Part shown: positions 12,312 to 24,782 of the stretch, in pieces | Layout: the number at the start of each line of letters is the position of its first letter | How positions within the stretch are numbered: the stretch's first letter is position 1 | Origin: Octopus bimaculoides | Lineage: Eukaryota | Assembly (NCBI RefSeq): GCF_001194135.2 | Contig: NC_068981.1 | Span: 55,406,386 to 55,444,806 of the forward strand | Length of the DNA: 38,421 bases | Direction of reading: 5' to 3' | Translations under genes and position numbers: made by a program | Notes under the pieces: generated by a model | What the model saw: only the letters and a program-made list of their open reading frames with translations | Database searches by the model: none | What the model was told of the DNA's origin: nothing

Positions 12312-12850
12312 ATGCTATGACTTACATAATTTTTCGAGTTGATATTATAAGAACAAAACTGACAGAAGAGAAAAAGTGAGAAATGTTTATTTACAAGGGC
12401 TATTAAAAAGCAGTTCAGTGAATGTTAGTAGGGTACTAAACCTAAAAAAATCTTAGAAAATCAGGTCAGGTTTCTTATGAAGCTGATTTAGCTGTTCATG
12501 CAAAAATAGAGCTGTCATTATTGTATCATATGTAGCATGTTAATACATGAAATCGAGCCATTGAAAGCAACAAATTGACATAAAAGAAAAACCTTCAAAT
12601 TGTTAAATGATCTCTTTCAAAATATTTTTCCTCTTCTTTTCTTTCAAGTAATATTGCCGGTCCATTTCAAGATTCCTTGCATTCAGTGTTGAGAATATGA
12701 CAGAATGACAAAGACAACCCCTGCTGGATTTGAAATGTGAACATGAAGGAACATACCACAAGGCATTTTGTTTAGTATTGAACTCATTCGAACATCCACC
12801 ACTCATAAGTTCATGTTAATCAGAGTATTAATAATTGTATGTTGTTGGGA

Positions 12851-13020
12851 CAGGTGTAGCTGTGTGCTTAAGAAGCTCACTTTGCAACCACATAGGCTTG
12901 GGCTCAGTCCCACTGTGTGGTACCTTGGGCAAGCATCTTCTATCATAGCCTCAGGCCAACCAATGTTTTGCAAGTGTATTTGGTGGACAGAAACTGAGTA
13001 GAAACCCATTGTGCATGTAT
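12851..13020 (+). mobile_element. CORE-like tRNA-SINE followed by (GT)n to ~13135
   Basis: TAAGAAGCTCACTTTGCAACCACA..GGGCTCAGTCCCACTG..ACCTTGGGCAAG..TAGCCTCAGGCC..GGACAGAAACTGA. Confidence 0.8.
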
Positions 13021-13062
13021 GTGTGTGTGTGTATGTGTGTGTGTTTGTGTGTGTGTGTATGT

Positions 13063-13106
<44 letters not shown>

Positions 13107-13135
13107 TTGTGTGTGTATGTGTGTGCATTTGTATG

Positions 13136-13785
13136 TATCATCATCATCATTATCGTTTAACGTCTGCTTTCCATGCTAGCATGGGTTGGACGATTTGACT
13201 GAGGACTGGCGAACCAGAAGGCTGCACCAGGCTCCAATCTGATCTGGCAGAGTTTCTACAGCTGGATGCCCTTCCTAACGCCAACCACTCCGAGAGTGTA
13301 GTGGGTGCTTTTACGTGCCACTGGCACAATGGCCGGTCAGGTGGTACTGGCAACAGCCACACCCAAAATGGTGTTTTTTACGTGCCACCTGCACAGGAGC
13401 CAGTCCAGCAGCACTGGCAATGACCTCACTTGAATGTATTTTCACATGCCACTGGCACAAGTGCCAGTAAGGTGACGCTGGTAATGATCATGCTCAAATG
13501 GTGCTATTTACATGCCACTGGCATAGAAGCCAGGCAGCTGCTCTGGCAATGATCACGCTCGGATGGTGCTCTTAGCGTTCCACTGGCACAGGTGCCAGTC
13601 ATCGAATTTGGTTCAATCACAATTTCGATTTCACTTGCCCCAACAGGTCTTCACAAGCAGAGTTTAGTGTCCAATGAAGGAGAGGTTGGCATGGGTGCCA
13701 GTCGTCGAATTTGGATCGATTTCATTTGCCTCAACAGGTCTTTGCAAGCAGAGTTTAGTGTCCAATGAAGGAAAGGTACGCATAA
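13136..13785 (-). mobile_element. RTE-like 3' region with internal tandem repeats
   Basis: (CAT)n tail at left, then reverse complement of GGAAGGGCATCCAGCTGTAGAAAC..CCCATGCTAGCATGGAAAGCAGACGTTAAA. Repeated GTGCCA(C/G)TGGCA units and a duplicated GCAGAGTTTAGTGTCCAATGAAGG block. Confidence 0.75.
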
Positions 13786-14638
13786 CTGAAAGTCACCATC
13801 GAGTCAGATCCATCTCAAAGTGCCTGTGAATTATCGTTGTTGTTTGGTGTTAGCAAGCAAACAATATTGACTCACCTAATTCAAATCGGTAAAGTGAAAA
13901 ATTGGATAAGTGGGTTCCACATAAACTCAATGAAGCCTGTGTTATGCTACTTTCACAAAAATGAATCATTTTTTAATCAAATTGTAACATGTAATGAGAA
14001 ATGGAGCCAATACAACAACCATAAACGTTCAGCACAATGGCTGGACAAAGAGGAGCCACCAAAACACAGTCCAAAAAGCAAAATTCATCAAAAGAAGCTG
14101 ATGGTGTGTGTTTGGTGGTCTAGTGCAGATGTGATCCATTATGATTTCATTAAACCTGGCTCATCAATCATGGCCGAAGTATACTGCAGCCAACTGGACC
14201 ACATGATGCAGAAACTTACAAATAAAACAACCTAGATTAGTCAATACATCCACTCCTATTTTATTTCAAGTCAACGCCAGGCCACACATTGCAAAAATGA
14301 CATTGGCGAAGCTACAGGAGTTGGAGTTGGAAGTTCTCCATCATCCACCATACTCACCTGATCTTGCTCCCACTGACTACTTCTTCTTCCAGAATTTGGA
14401 TAACTTTTTGATAGGAAAAAAATTTAATTCCAACGATGCTGTAAAATAGGCCTTCCAAGATTTTATTGACTCTAGATTGCCAGGCTTTTACAGTTCCGGG
14501 CTGGACAAGCTACCGCTGAAATGACAAAAGTGTATTGACAATATGGGTGCATACTTTGATTAATAAAACTATTCCTTGTATTTATAAAACATTAGCAAAC
14601 TTTTTTTTTTTCTACAAATTTCATACTTGATGACCTAA
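13786..14638 (+). mobile_element. 5'-truncated mariner (DD34D, Hsmar1/cecropia-like) transposase pseudogene with right TIR
   Basis: Across frameshifts: LDKWVPHKL, IVTCNEKW (first D lost), KLMVCVWW, VNARPH (second D lost), HPPYSPDLAPTDYFFF. Ends TTTCATACTTGATGACCTAA followed by TA. Confidence 0.92.
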
Positions 14639-14649
14639 TACTACAAAAT

Positions 14650-14960
14650 GAAGGATATAAACCAGAAAGAGGAAATTATGTAGACCCTGTGTCACTGAGA
14701 AATCAAATTATGGTGTTAACAGAAAGGTAATACAGTATTAAGTCGTGATGGCTAATATATGAGATGGGTTTTTATTAAAACATGCAATCACAGATGCCAT
14801 ATTTCTTCCAAGACAGGTGAGATAGGTTTATGTTCAAAAGAAAATGACTCTATATTGTTTTTGTTGACCATAAGAAGGCTTCTAACAAGATCTAGCATGT
14901 CATAGTCTGGTGGGCACAGGGAATGTTAGATGGAGAGGAACTGCTTGCAGTTTAGGTTAT
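14650..14960 (+). pseudogene. RTE-clade reverse transcriptase remnant
   Basis: Frameshifted motifs RGNY.., TDAIF..RQ (from 14790), LYIVFVDHKKA (from 14848) and VWWA (~14905) match the non-LTR RT N-terminal domains. Confidence 0.7.
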
Positions 14961-16319
14961 GTTATTCTCTGAATTAAAATCTTCAAGAACTAATGCTGGA
15001 GTTCTGGACTAAATACCCCAGGAAAATTTATATGCTTATGTGTTGCTTTATCTACCAATATCCTTGAAGACAAGGAAAGCCTCTTGCCCATCAGGAATAA
15101 GAGGAGGAGGAAGAGGAAGAGGAGAGTATGGTAGTGGAATTAGTAGTGAAGGTGGAATTGGTGGTGACGGTAGAATCCGTATTAGCGATGGTGGTGATGA
15201 TGGAAGCAATGGCATTGGCAATGATGTTGCTGCTGCTGCTGATGATGATGATGACATAATGATGACAATGACGACGATGATGATGATGGTGGTAGTGGTG
15301 GTGGTGGTGGTAACACAAACATAGACAAGTAGGTTTACATCTCTGCACTTACATACACAACTGAACATAAAATCTTGCATCAAACAAGCAGCTCATGTAT
15401 TTTTAATTATTAACATTATTATTGCATAGCTGGATACCAAGATTGTTTTACTTATTTTCTTCTTTTTTTTTTCTTTTTCTTTTTTTAAGATTTTTTGTGT
15501 CAAGTTTTCTGACAATGACATCTGTTAATTCCCTTTAGGTCTCTCTTTAACTGCAGTTAAGTACCCAGGGAAAATATCAGATATGATTTTCCTGCCAGAA
15601 TATGAATATTCCATTGTGAATGAGAGATGTTAACCGTCTCAATTAAGTAGATCATATGCAAAATGAAATGAAAGTAACTGTTATCATAACAGTTGAAATT
15701 TCTAGTAAAGTGCTAATGTCTTGAGAAACTATTTAATTCAGTCAAGTTTTCACACAACTAGCTTTCAGAGAATGATCTCTAAAATAATAAAACTAATAAT
15801 ATGTATCAAATATCAAATTGATGACATATGTTGTTCAAATGTTGCTTTATATATGTGTATATGATTGCATGTTTGAATGTGTGTGTGTGTTTGCATGCGT
15901 ATGCATAGATATAAACACACACATACATATGTATACAAACACACATATATATATTACTATACTTCATGTATGTGCGGGGTGTATGTAAGTATTCATACAG
16001 ACACACACATACACATGTACACACGCACAAACACACAGATGCAGATATAGCTATACACACAGGTGCACATGCATGCACATATAAATAGGTAAACATATAT
16101 GATAGATGCATACACGTGTGTATGTGTGTGTGTGTGTGAATACGTACATACATACACACAAACATATGTAAAGTACAGTTAAGTCAGCTGTCACTTGCTA
16201 GCAAGTATGAGTTGATAACATATAGCATGCTTCTGCTAATTGTTTTAGGTGCCTATGTAGTCGCAAGCTCCTTCACCTTTAATTCAGTAAAACATCCAAG
16301 TTGTAACAGGTAGGGTACT

Positions 16320-16462
16320 TGGCTGGTGCTCATTGCAGCTGAGCTAGAGTGGAGAAATGTGAAATGAAATGCCTTGTTCAAGGATGCAATGCACCAACAG
16401 AAATTGAACACATAACCCTAAGATCATGAACCAAAAACTGTAGCAACTATGCCACTATGCAT
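16320..16462 (-). mobile_element. Old CORE-like SINE
   Basis: Minus strand GTGTTCAATTTC..ATCCTTGAACAAGGCATTTCATTTCACA..CAGCTGCAATGAG. Confidence 0.5.
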
Positions 16463-16463
16463 A

Positions 16464-16608
16464 CACATACATACATACATACATACATACATACATACAT
16501 ACATACATACATACATAGAAGAAGAAGAAGAAGAAGAAGAAGAAGAAGAAGAAGAAGAAGAAGAAGAAGAAGAAGAAGAAGAAGAAGAAAAAGAAGAAGA
16601 AGAAGAAA
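16464..16608. repeat. Compound microsatellite (ACAT)n(GAA)n
   Basis: Seen directly in the sequence. Confidence 0.98.
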
Positions 16609-17514
16609 ACATTATAAAGTTACAGGAAGAGACAACATAGTTAAAATATTCATTTAAGTTATTGACTTTAAATGAGTAGGTGGTGGAGGAAAAGTTTGGT
16701 GCAATATTTCATATATCCAAATATTTTAAATATTTAAATATCATTTAAACACACACATTTATACATATCAACGCAATCAAACAGTTGTATTGATATAGTA
16801 TATAAATAGTGTTTTAGTGGTTAAAATAGAAATACAACTTATCACCTAAGATTCAAACTGTATAGCTAATATTATATTAAGCTTTTAAACAAAGAATATT
16901 CTTAGCTTAATTCACTAAAATATGATTTTTTTAAAATTGACTTTTCTTAACACTAGCACCTAACTGTCAAAAATTAAACTGTTTGCTCTAATAATCAAAT
17001 TATCATCTTTTGTCATCATTTTAACAGCTAATATTCTATGCAGGCATAGGCTGATTCAGTCTGCAGAGCAGCCTAATACACATTTTGCTGGGTACTTTCT
17101 GTTGTTGGTTTACATCCCTTGTTACCTAACAGATGTTATCCATTAGAAAATTCTTAAATTTGCCATAAATTAACATCACTCTTTTGAATTTGAAACAACA
17201 AAACAAAAAAAAAGGAAAAAATAAGATGTTGAAAATTATGTTAAAAAGCAACTCATGTGCTTTATTCACCCATTATTTATTTGAATAATGACCCCTCTCC
17301 CTGCTACATACACATCAGCTAATTCAATAAATACATTTCTTCTGTTCCAAAAGACAATTGTCAAATGATTATATTTTTTTTAACTGAAGCAACATTGTCA
17401 TATATTAAGACTTTCATTCATGAGTATATTATAGCATTTAGCTAGGGACAATAAAGAAATCAAAAATGTACTGAGTGAATAAATAAACAGATAAATCAAT
17501 AAACATGCTATTCA

Positions 17515-17719
17515 CCCTTTTGTTACCATATTTTGCCTTTGTTTCAATTAATTTTGAAAATAATGGAGAATTTAGTAAAACAACTTTGTCTTTCTAAAGA
17601 AGCTGGTGTTTTGAACATTATTTAATGTGAAATTATAATAGAAGAATGTTATCACTTTAAAGAGGGAAATTTATATCAAAGAATCAACAACAACCTCAGG
17701 TTGATTGGTATCAAAAAGG
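17515..17719. mobile_element. piggyBac-type MITE, family B (copy 2)
   Basis: TTCA-CCCTTTTGTTACCA at left (mutated TTAA) and TGGTATCAAAAAGG-TTAA at right. Homologous to 1759-1966. Confidence 0.75.
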
Positions 17720-17727
17720 TTAAAGAG

Positions 17728-17880
17728 AGGCAGTGAATTGACAGAATCATTAGAGGACCAAATACAACACATTAGGATATTTGTTCTGGCCTCTGAGTTC
17801 AAATTCCACCAAAGTCAACTTTGTCTTTCAACCCTCTGAGGTTGATAAATAATGTACCAATCAAGTAGTGGGGTTAATTT
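17728..17880 (+). mobile_element. tRNA-SINE, GCCTTTCATCC type, degenerate
   Basis: GGCAGTGAATTGACAGAATCATTAG..CTGAGTTCAAATTCCACCAAAGTCAACTTTGTCTTTCAACCC..GTTGATAAAT. Confidence 0.7.
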
Positions 17881-18035
17881 AACCATTTTTGATTGGAATT
17901 GGTTATGAACTGGTGGAGAATAAATGTCACTAAAAACCTGTTCTTATTAGACTAGGTCTTTGACAGAATCCACAAAGACAGGCACCAGCAGATTAAGCAA
18001 CAACCCTAAATGCCTATATATATATATATATATAT

Positions 18036-18190
18036 NNNNNNNNNNNNNNNNNNNNNNNNNNNNNNNNNNNNNNNNNNNNNNNNNNNNNNNNNNNNNNNNN
18101 NNNNNNNNNNNNNNNNNNNNNNNNNNNNNNNNNNNNNNNNNNNNNNNNNNNNNNNNNNNNNNNNNNNNNNNNNNNNNNNNNNNNNNNNNN
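18036..18190. other. Assembly gap
   Basis: Run of N within (TA)n. Confidence 1.
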
Positions 18191-18599
18191 TATATATCTT
18201 TTACTTGTTTCAGTCATTAGACTGTGGCCATACTGAGGCATATATGTTGCTATAGAAAAAGGGTAGCTGATGGTAGTAGTGATGTTGCTGCTTCTACTGC
18301 TTAATCCCAGATCAGTCCCAATTGATCAATGATCTAGATCATTCCATTTATTTTATCCAGATGTAAGTATATAAATCGTATGTGTAAATATATAATTATT
18401 TAAACTACCCTTTGTTTCCTGAGTTGTAGGGTGTGATATGAAAGAGATCTGACTGCTTTTTCAAGCAGACCAAATGACCGCATAGAGGCACCTTCATTGA
18501 CTTGGTGGTGGTGGTGGTGGTGAATCTATCTGTTTCGAGAGATGCATTGTTAAGAAACCTGACCATATCATTTACGATCTGCTATCTTAATTTATTTAC

Positions 18600-18656
18600 C
18601 TTGCCAATTCATTCTAATATCAGATTGACAGTCATGCTTCCTCTTCTCACAGGGAA
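18600..18656 (-). CDS. Weak candidate coding exon (xPCEKRKHDCQSDIRMNWQ), unknown gene
   Basis: Acceptor TTAATTTTAATTTAG, donor AAG|GTAAAT, 57 nt, one open frame. No homology recognised. Confidence 0.2.
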
Positions 18657-19190
18657 CTAAATTAAAATTAAAGCAAGAAAAACATGATCTCACAGATTAG
18701 ATGATTTCTAGGAAATTCCAACCTGTCTCACTTCATGTAATCTCTCATACATAAAACATTTTTGATTAAGACCTTTTGAGCCATGTTCTTCCACAGACAA
18801 CATACCTTTGTGCACTATTAACATAATGTTTATTTCTATAAATGTCATCAAGTTCCTGCTGCCTTTTTTAAACCTTTCTCTCTTTCTTTTACATTCAAAA
18901 CTTCCTTCCTCACAATTATGCTATGGCTGCATTTTTATTTCCTCTGTCCTTTTTACATTTCAGGTCTTTCATTCTTGGGAACCTGCATTTCAAGATATAT
19001 TTCAAATTAATACAGACTATGGAACCTGGTGTGGCCCTTGACCTTGCCAGCGCCTGTGAAGCCATCCAACCCATGTCAGTATGGAAAATGGATGTTAAAT
19101 GACATGGTATCAAGACAAGGAGCCACAAAGACGTACACATGCATGCACACACACACACACACACACACACAAACATGCACACACAAAGAA

Positions 19191-19342
19191 CAGGCTTTTT
19201 TCAGTCTACCAAATCCACAAACAAGGCTTTGGTCAGCCTGGTGGCACAGTAGAAGATACTTGTCCAAGTTGCAATGCAGTAGGACTGAACCAAAAACTAT
19301 ATGGTTGAGAAGTGAATTTCTTAACCACACAGTTAAGCTGGC
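19191..19342 (-). mobile_element. CORE-like tRNA-SINE
   Basis: CTACCAAATCCAC..AAGGCTTTGGTCAGCC..AGTAGAAGATACTTGTCCAAG..GGACTGAACC..TTCTTAACCACACAG. Confidence 0.75.
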
Positions 19343-19407
19343 ATATGTATATATCTAAAAAATATGGTTTCAACATTGTCATAGATATTTTAAGGGAGAG
19401 GAAGAAT

Positions 19408-19440
<33 letters not shown>

Positions 19441-19499
19441 CATATGTGTATATATATCAGTTTGTATGACTAATCTATGGTTAGAGAATGGTAAGCGGT

Positions 19500-20300
19500 T
19501 CAATAATCTGCATTAATATGTATGGTTTGGAGTGATCTGGGAAGCAAAAGATAACTACCAAACCATCTCAGATATTTGATATGTGTATAAGTGCCATTAA
19601 TGAGATCAGAACTTTTGATAGATATACAGGCATTCAACTTTTAACAGTCTGAGGGAGATGAAAATGGTACTGAGCATGAATGATAGTTGGAAGTTAAAGT
19701 GAAAGAAATCCTTTGAGATTTAAAATGGAAGATCTGAGCATGAATGGTTGTTGGATGTACAAGTCTATAAGTTGTTTATGTTTTGAGAGGGACATGAACA
19801 GATTTTGAAATATATTTTGAACTCACTGGAATAGTGCAGAGGTATCAGGTGAATATAAGAGTGCATAAGAACAATTTATCATGTTCTTACAATTTTGATT
19901 AACTAATAAACAAACTAAGCACATTAATGAGGACCAAGTGCAACTAAGTAAATTGTATTTAAGTAGAACATTAATTAGATTAAAAGATCAGTTAGTATAG
20001 AATGTCCATGTAATATGGTTGCTGGCCACAGAGAATATAAATCAGCTCAAATAGAAAAAGTAGACAGGGACCCAATTTCTGATAGTTTAACGTCATGTAT
20101 CATTAAAAACCAAATTACAGAATAAATTAAGGAAAACGAGAGCGGAAATGTTAAATAAAAGTTTAGAAGGGGAATGAGTTGATAGGTTAATGAAATTTTT
20201 GAATATCACAGCACCATTGAAGTAGAAGTGACAAAAATGACTTTAGTCTGTTTAGATCCTACCAAATAGGAATACTATATCATTAGATCTAAGATGTGTA
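19500..20300 (-). pseudogene. Possible highly decayed LINE RT remnant (L2/CR1/Jockey-like)
   Basis: The minus strand near 20020-20060 reads LGPCLLFLF, resembling LGPLLFLLY. No intact YADD motif. Confidence 0.3.
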
Positions 20301-20699
20301 TGCTAAAACTGAAGGGATGAAAAGTGGTTTGTAGGGATTAAGAGCTAGTGAAAGGTGAACAGCTCAGTGCAGATTTTGGGGTTTGTTGGGATAGGTGAGC
20401 TAACAACAGTTAACTCCAAAGACTGCAGTCACTGACATCAAAAGCAGAACTAGAAGATGGAAGTTGATGAATGTTTATTTCAATGACCTCTCACTGAGAG
20501 TCAGTGGTACACACTACAAATTTCATTCACATATATTACATATATTCATCTTCAATTGGCCAATATGCACTGCAACTAATAACTATAACATTCTGCATTG
20601 CCTGATCCAAAGTGTGTTATTTTTCTCAATCAATTATAACCACTACTGCACATTGGTGTTACCCTGAGGCTTGACCTCTGACCAGTGAGCCTCAGAAAT

Positions 20700-21240
20700 G
20701 CTGCTGCAGATCCATTGTGGATTCTTTCAGTTTGTACCCATTGTCATGCCCCTATAGTACTGGATGCCTTTCATGCCATGCCACCCTTAACAAAATCACA
20801 ACACATGACCTAAACACCACAGGTTTCCCTTCCCAACTCAAGCCAGTGGAGCTAGACCAAGGGGATGGTAATAGGCCCGACAGCATGACAATTTTCCTAT
20901 TCCATGGTGACAGGCCTCTCATCTGGGATGCCACATGCTGTGACACCTTCTCCAGCAGCAATTTAGTATGTTCAGCTACCAACCCAGGCTCCACTGCTAG
21001 TCAGGCTGAGGAGAGCAAACTGTCAAAATATCAGTTGCTCTCTGATAGGTTATGGTTGAGCCTGTGGCTATGGAGACCGGTGTTCTCAGCCCCACCAGAT
21101 CATATCCCTGTTCATTGCTAAGAGGGCAGAGATGACTCTGCAAGTGTGAACCCCATGAGTCAGAGTTACTGTTCCAGTGAATCTCCCTCGTCATCCTCCA
21201 AGGGAACTCCTTTTCCATTTTGTCTGCTGGGACCATGAGG
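20700..21240 (+). mobile_element. CRE-clade non-LTR retrotransposon 3' fragment (restriction-like endonuclease domain)
   Basis: LSC..TG..CHATLN..GDGNRPDSMTIF..LIWDATCCDTF..AEESKLSKY, then frameshifted EPVAMETGVL and ISLVILQGN. This matches the RPD..D.T..E..K..KY and QRGN pattern of CRE elements. Confidence 0.8.
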
Positions 21241-21710
21241 TCGTCTGAATTACAGGAAATGGAGAGAATGAAAGAATTTTGTAACTTACTACCCGTTGTT
21301 GGCCATTTTATAATAAATTATTATTGTAGTAGTTTTTTGTCAGAACCAAAACTAAATGTACCACATTAAATGTTTCAGAATTTAGTTTCCATCTCTCTTC
21401 ATCTTGGTTTAAAATTCTACTTTGTTGTTCTAACTAATTAACAAATAAGTGTCTGTAATATAATGGAATCAACTATACTTACACACCCTACAAATTTGTG
21501 GCTTTGTATAAGATCAGGTAGAACAGCAAAATCAACAAGATATTTGTATGAATTTGTTAATAAATGAGTAATACTTGATTTATATTTTAAGACATCATGC
21601 TAATTTCATTAATTAATATTTATCCAAGGAATTTAAGTTGAACAAGTGAGATAAACACACACACACATGTATATATATACTTATATTCATATATACTTGA
21701 GTATGTGTGG

Positions 21711-21733
21711 AGGTAGGTTGGTAGGTAGGTAGG

Positions 21734-21778
<45 letters not shown>

Positions 21779-21822
21779 GGATGGATGGATGGATGGATGG
21801 ATGGATGGCGACAGACAGACAA
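21711..21822. repeat. Stepwise compound tetranucleotide microsatellite (AGGT)n(AGAT)n(GGAT)n(AGAC)n
   Basis: Seen directly in the sequence. Confidence 0.95.
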
Positions 21823-22096
21823 GCAGACAGGAATATGGGAAGTACAAAAGGAAATAATGTCCACACACACACACTAGTAGAGTACTGATTTCAAAATAGG
21901 AAATAGAAATATGGGAAATGCTATAAGTGTGGGAAATATTACACTTTACACACACACACACACATTATAAATTATAAACATATTCATCCATATAGATGCA
22001 TATATGTATATATGTATATCTATATATTTATATCATCATTCATCATCATTTTAAATCTTTTTACCATGCTGGCATCAATATATGTAAATGCATATA

Positions 22097-22410
22097 TCAT
22101 CATCATCATCATCATCATCATCATTTAATGTCTGCTTTTCATGCTAGCATGGGTTGGACGATTTGACTGGGTACTGGCAAACCAGATGGCTATACCAAAC
22201 TCCAATCTGATCTGGCAGAGTTTCTACAGCTGGATGCCCTTCCTAATGCCAACCACTCCAAGAGTGTAGTGGGTGCTTTTTACGTGCCACCAGCATGAGG
22301 GCCAGTCCGGCAGTACTGGCAACGACCACGCTCAAATGGTGTTTTTTACATGCCACCTGCACAGGAGTCAGTCCAATGTTTTGTTCACATGCCACCAGCA
22401 CAAGTGCCAG
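22097..22410 (-). mobile_element. RTE-like 3' tail copy
   Basis: (CAT)n then CATGCTAGCATGGGTTGGACG..CTACAGCTGGATGCCCTTCCTAA..GGGTGCTTTTTACGTGCC. Close to 13136-13420. Confidence 0.8.
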
Positions 22411-22426
22411 TATATATACATACATA

Positions 22427-22473
22427 NNNNNNNNNNNNNNNNNNNNNNNNNNNNNNNNNNNNNNNNNNNNNNN
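22427..22473. other. Assembly gap
   Basis: Run of N. Confidence 1.
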
Positions 22474-22526
<53 letters not shown>

Positions 22527-22858
22527 AAGTAAAAGGATGCTGGCATAGTTGAATGGCTAAAAAGTTCCTTTTGCAACCATAAGGTCACAAGTTCAATTCC
22601 AGTACACAGAATTTTTTACCATAGCCTTAAGTCAACTCCAAGATTGTGGATAAAATTTGATTTTTGAACCTCATTGGAGGATCTGTAATTACAATTCAAA
22701 GAGTCAGACTGTCATATTAATTCTCCTTGAGAACATTGTTAAGAGTACATATGTTTTTGAAATTCTCACACCATAATTCAATGAACAATTAAAACACTCA
22801 TCACTGAAACCTATGGAGGTCTACTTTATGTATATATATATTATAATTATTATTATTA

Positions 22859-22913
<55 letters not shown>

Positions 22914-22934
22914 CATTATTATTATTATTATCAT

Positions 22935-23323
22935 CTTTTATCTTTTACTTGTTTAAGTCATTAGACTGCAGCCATGTTAGGGCACTGCCTTGAAGTATTT
23001 TCAGCACCCATTACATTTTTTCTTTTTTTCTTTTCTAAGCTTGGCACTTATTTTATTGCCCACTCTTGCTAAACTGCTAAGTTATTGGAACATAAACACA
23101 CTAAGACTGGGTGTCAAGCAGTGGTTGGGGACAAACACAGACACACACACACACACACACGTACACCAGGCTTCTTTCGGTTTCCGCCTACCAAATCCAC
23201 TCGATAGGCTTTGGTTAGCCTGAGGCTATAGTAGAAGACACTTACGAAAGTTGTCACACAATGGGAGCGAACCCAGAACCATCTGGTTGTAAAGCAAGCT
23301 TCTTACCACAACATCTACACCTG

Positions 23324-23325
<2 letters not shown>
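22935..23325 (-). mobile_element. Composite tRNA-SINE: head + CORE-like domain + (GT)n + 3' module, next to (ATT)n at 22843-22931
   Basis: Minus head GTGGTAAGAAGCTTGCTTTACAACC..GGTTCTGGGTTCG..AAGTGTCTTCTACTATAGCCTCAGG, then (TG)n, then the module also seen alone at 6222-6430. Confidence 0.75.
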
Positions 23326-23363
<38 letters not shown>

Positions 23364-24782
23364 TACATACATATATACAAAAATGTGTGTGTATATGTAT
23401 GTATATATATATATACACACACACAGAGGCATGACTTTATGATTAAGAAGTTTGCTTCCCAACGACATGGTTCTTGCAGAGCCAACTTAGCAGCATTATA
23501 GGCCCCTAGATAAATCAAAGCACTGGACCCTATAATATTTATTTGTTGACAGCAATCCAATAGGAAGAGATATCCACAAAATATTCAATAAACAAAAATG
23601 ATGGCAAATCCCTTAAATCTCCAAAATGTTATTGAAATGTTAATTGTATCACATTTCTACTGAAGACATAACACACATTTAGCAGCAACCTTAAAATGTC
23701 ATGAAGATAAAACTGTCTAATGCAGTATGAGTTTCTTGTTAAAACAATATACAATGCCACCCGTAGGGTGACATTGTATATTGTTACTGTTGGGGTAAGT
23801 ATAAAAAATACTACAGATGTCAAGTACATCCACACATTGCAACACAAAAAATATAAATGGAACATACTCATGAAAACCACCCCCATAATACAATCACAAC
23901 AGAGTTAACATAGCCTGAGACAAAAAACAAACATAAAGAAAAAACACATTGTTGTGAAAGTCAGATGGTAAATAGATGTTAATATAATATGTAAAATCTG
24001 TGAGAAAGAAAACCTACACCTCTTTGAGATCAACAACTTTTTTCACACTGATCATATATTCACGTTCTTATTTGTAATTAGTATTCTAATGCTTTTAAGT
24101 TCTTTAAATGATAATCTTTGCAAGTTGTGGTTTCCAAACACATAAATAGACAAAGATCACATATTCTATAAATCCAACCAGTAAATAAATATAAGTTCTC
24201 TAAAGTTTAGAATAGGATTCTATACATTGTTGTTGTCTAAATTCCAATGATAGAGCTTTGCTTCATAGTTAGGAACCAACATCTTGTTTATGAGATATCT
24301 CAGAAAATTTTCATTAAAAGACCTCACAAAACACATCCATACACACATAAGTGGCATTATGAAATTGTTCATTGTCGCATGGCCACATGTGACAACAGAA
24401 TGATAGAATGATGTTGAGGCATCTCTCAAGCGCATTCACATTACAACTGAAGTGAATTCTCTTCAAAAAAGAATTGTAACAAGATTGATAGATTAGCTCA
24501 CTAAATGCATAACTTATTCTCTAGCACTCTGCATTATGATTTGGATCATCAATCTTTCTCAGTTGATACTGGTATCAGCATTTCTGGCATCTCTTAATAT
24601 ATTATCATTGATGTAGCCATTTAGTTCGCCAGTCCCCAGTCAAATTGTCCAACCCATGCTAGCATGGAAAGCGGATGTTAAATGATGATGATGATGAGGT
24701 TGCTTGAAACATTCCAGTGTCACATAAATCAGTCTTTTAAAATCAGAAATCATTACTTGAAATGAAAATCAGAAATCATTTA

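Noticed and set aside
13300-13780. CRISPR-like repeat-spacer array (recurring GTGCCA(C/G)TGGCA units)
   Set aside because: Eukaryotic context, and the spacers are homologous to each other. These are internal tandem repeats of the RTE-like element.
4155-23560. Many ORF-track ORFs with poly-T/I/D/S/E/R, HT, YI or CV runs
   Set aside because: They are translations of microsatellites or run through N gaps.
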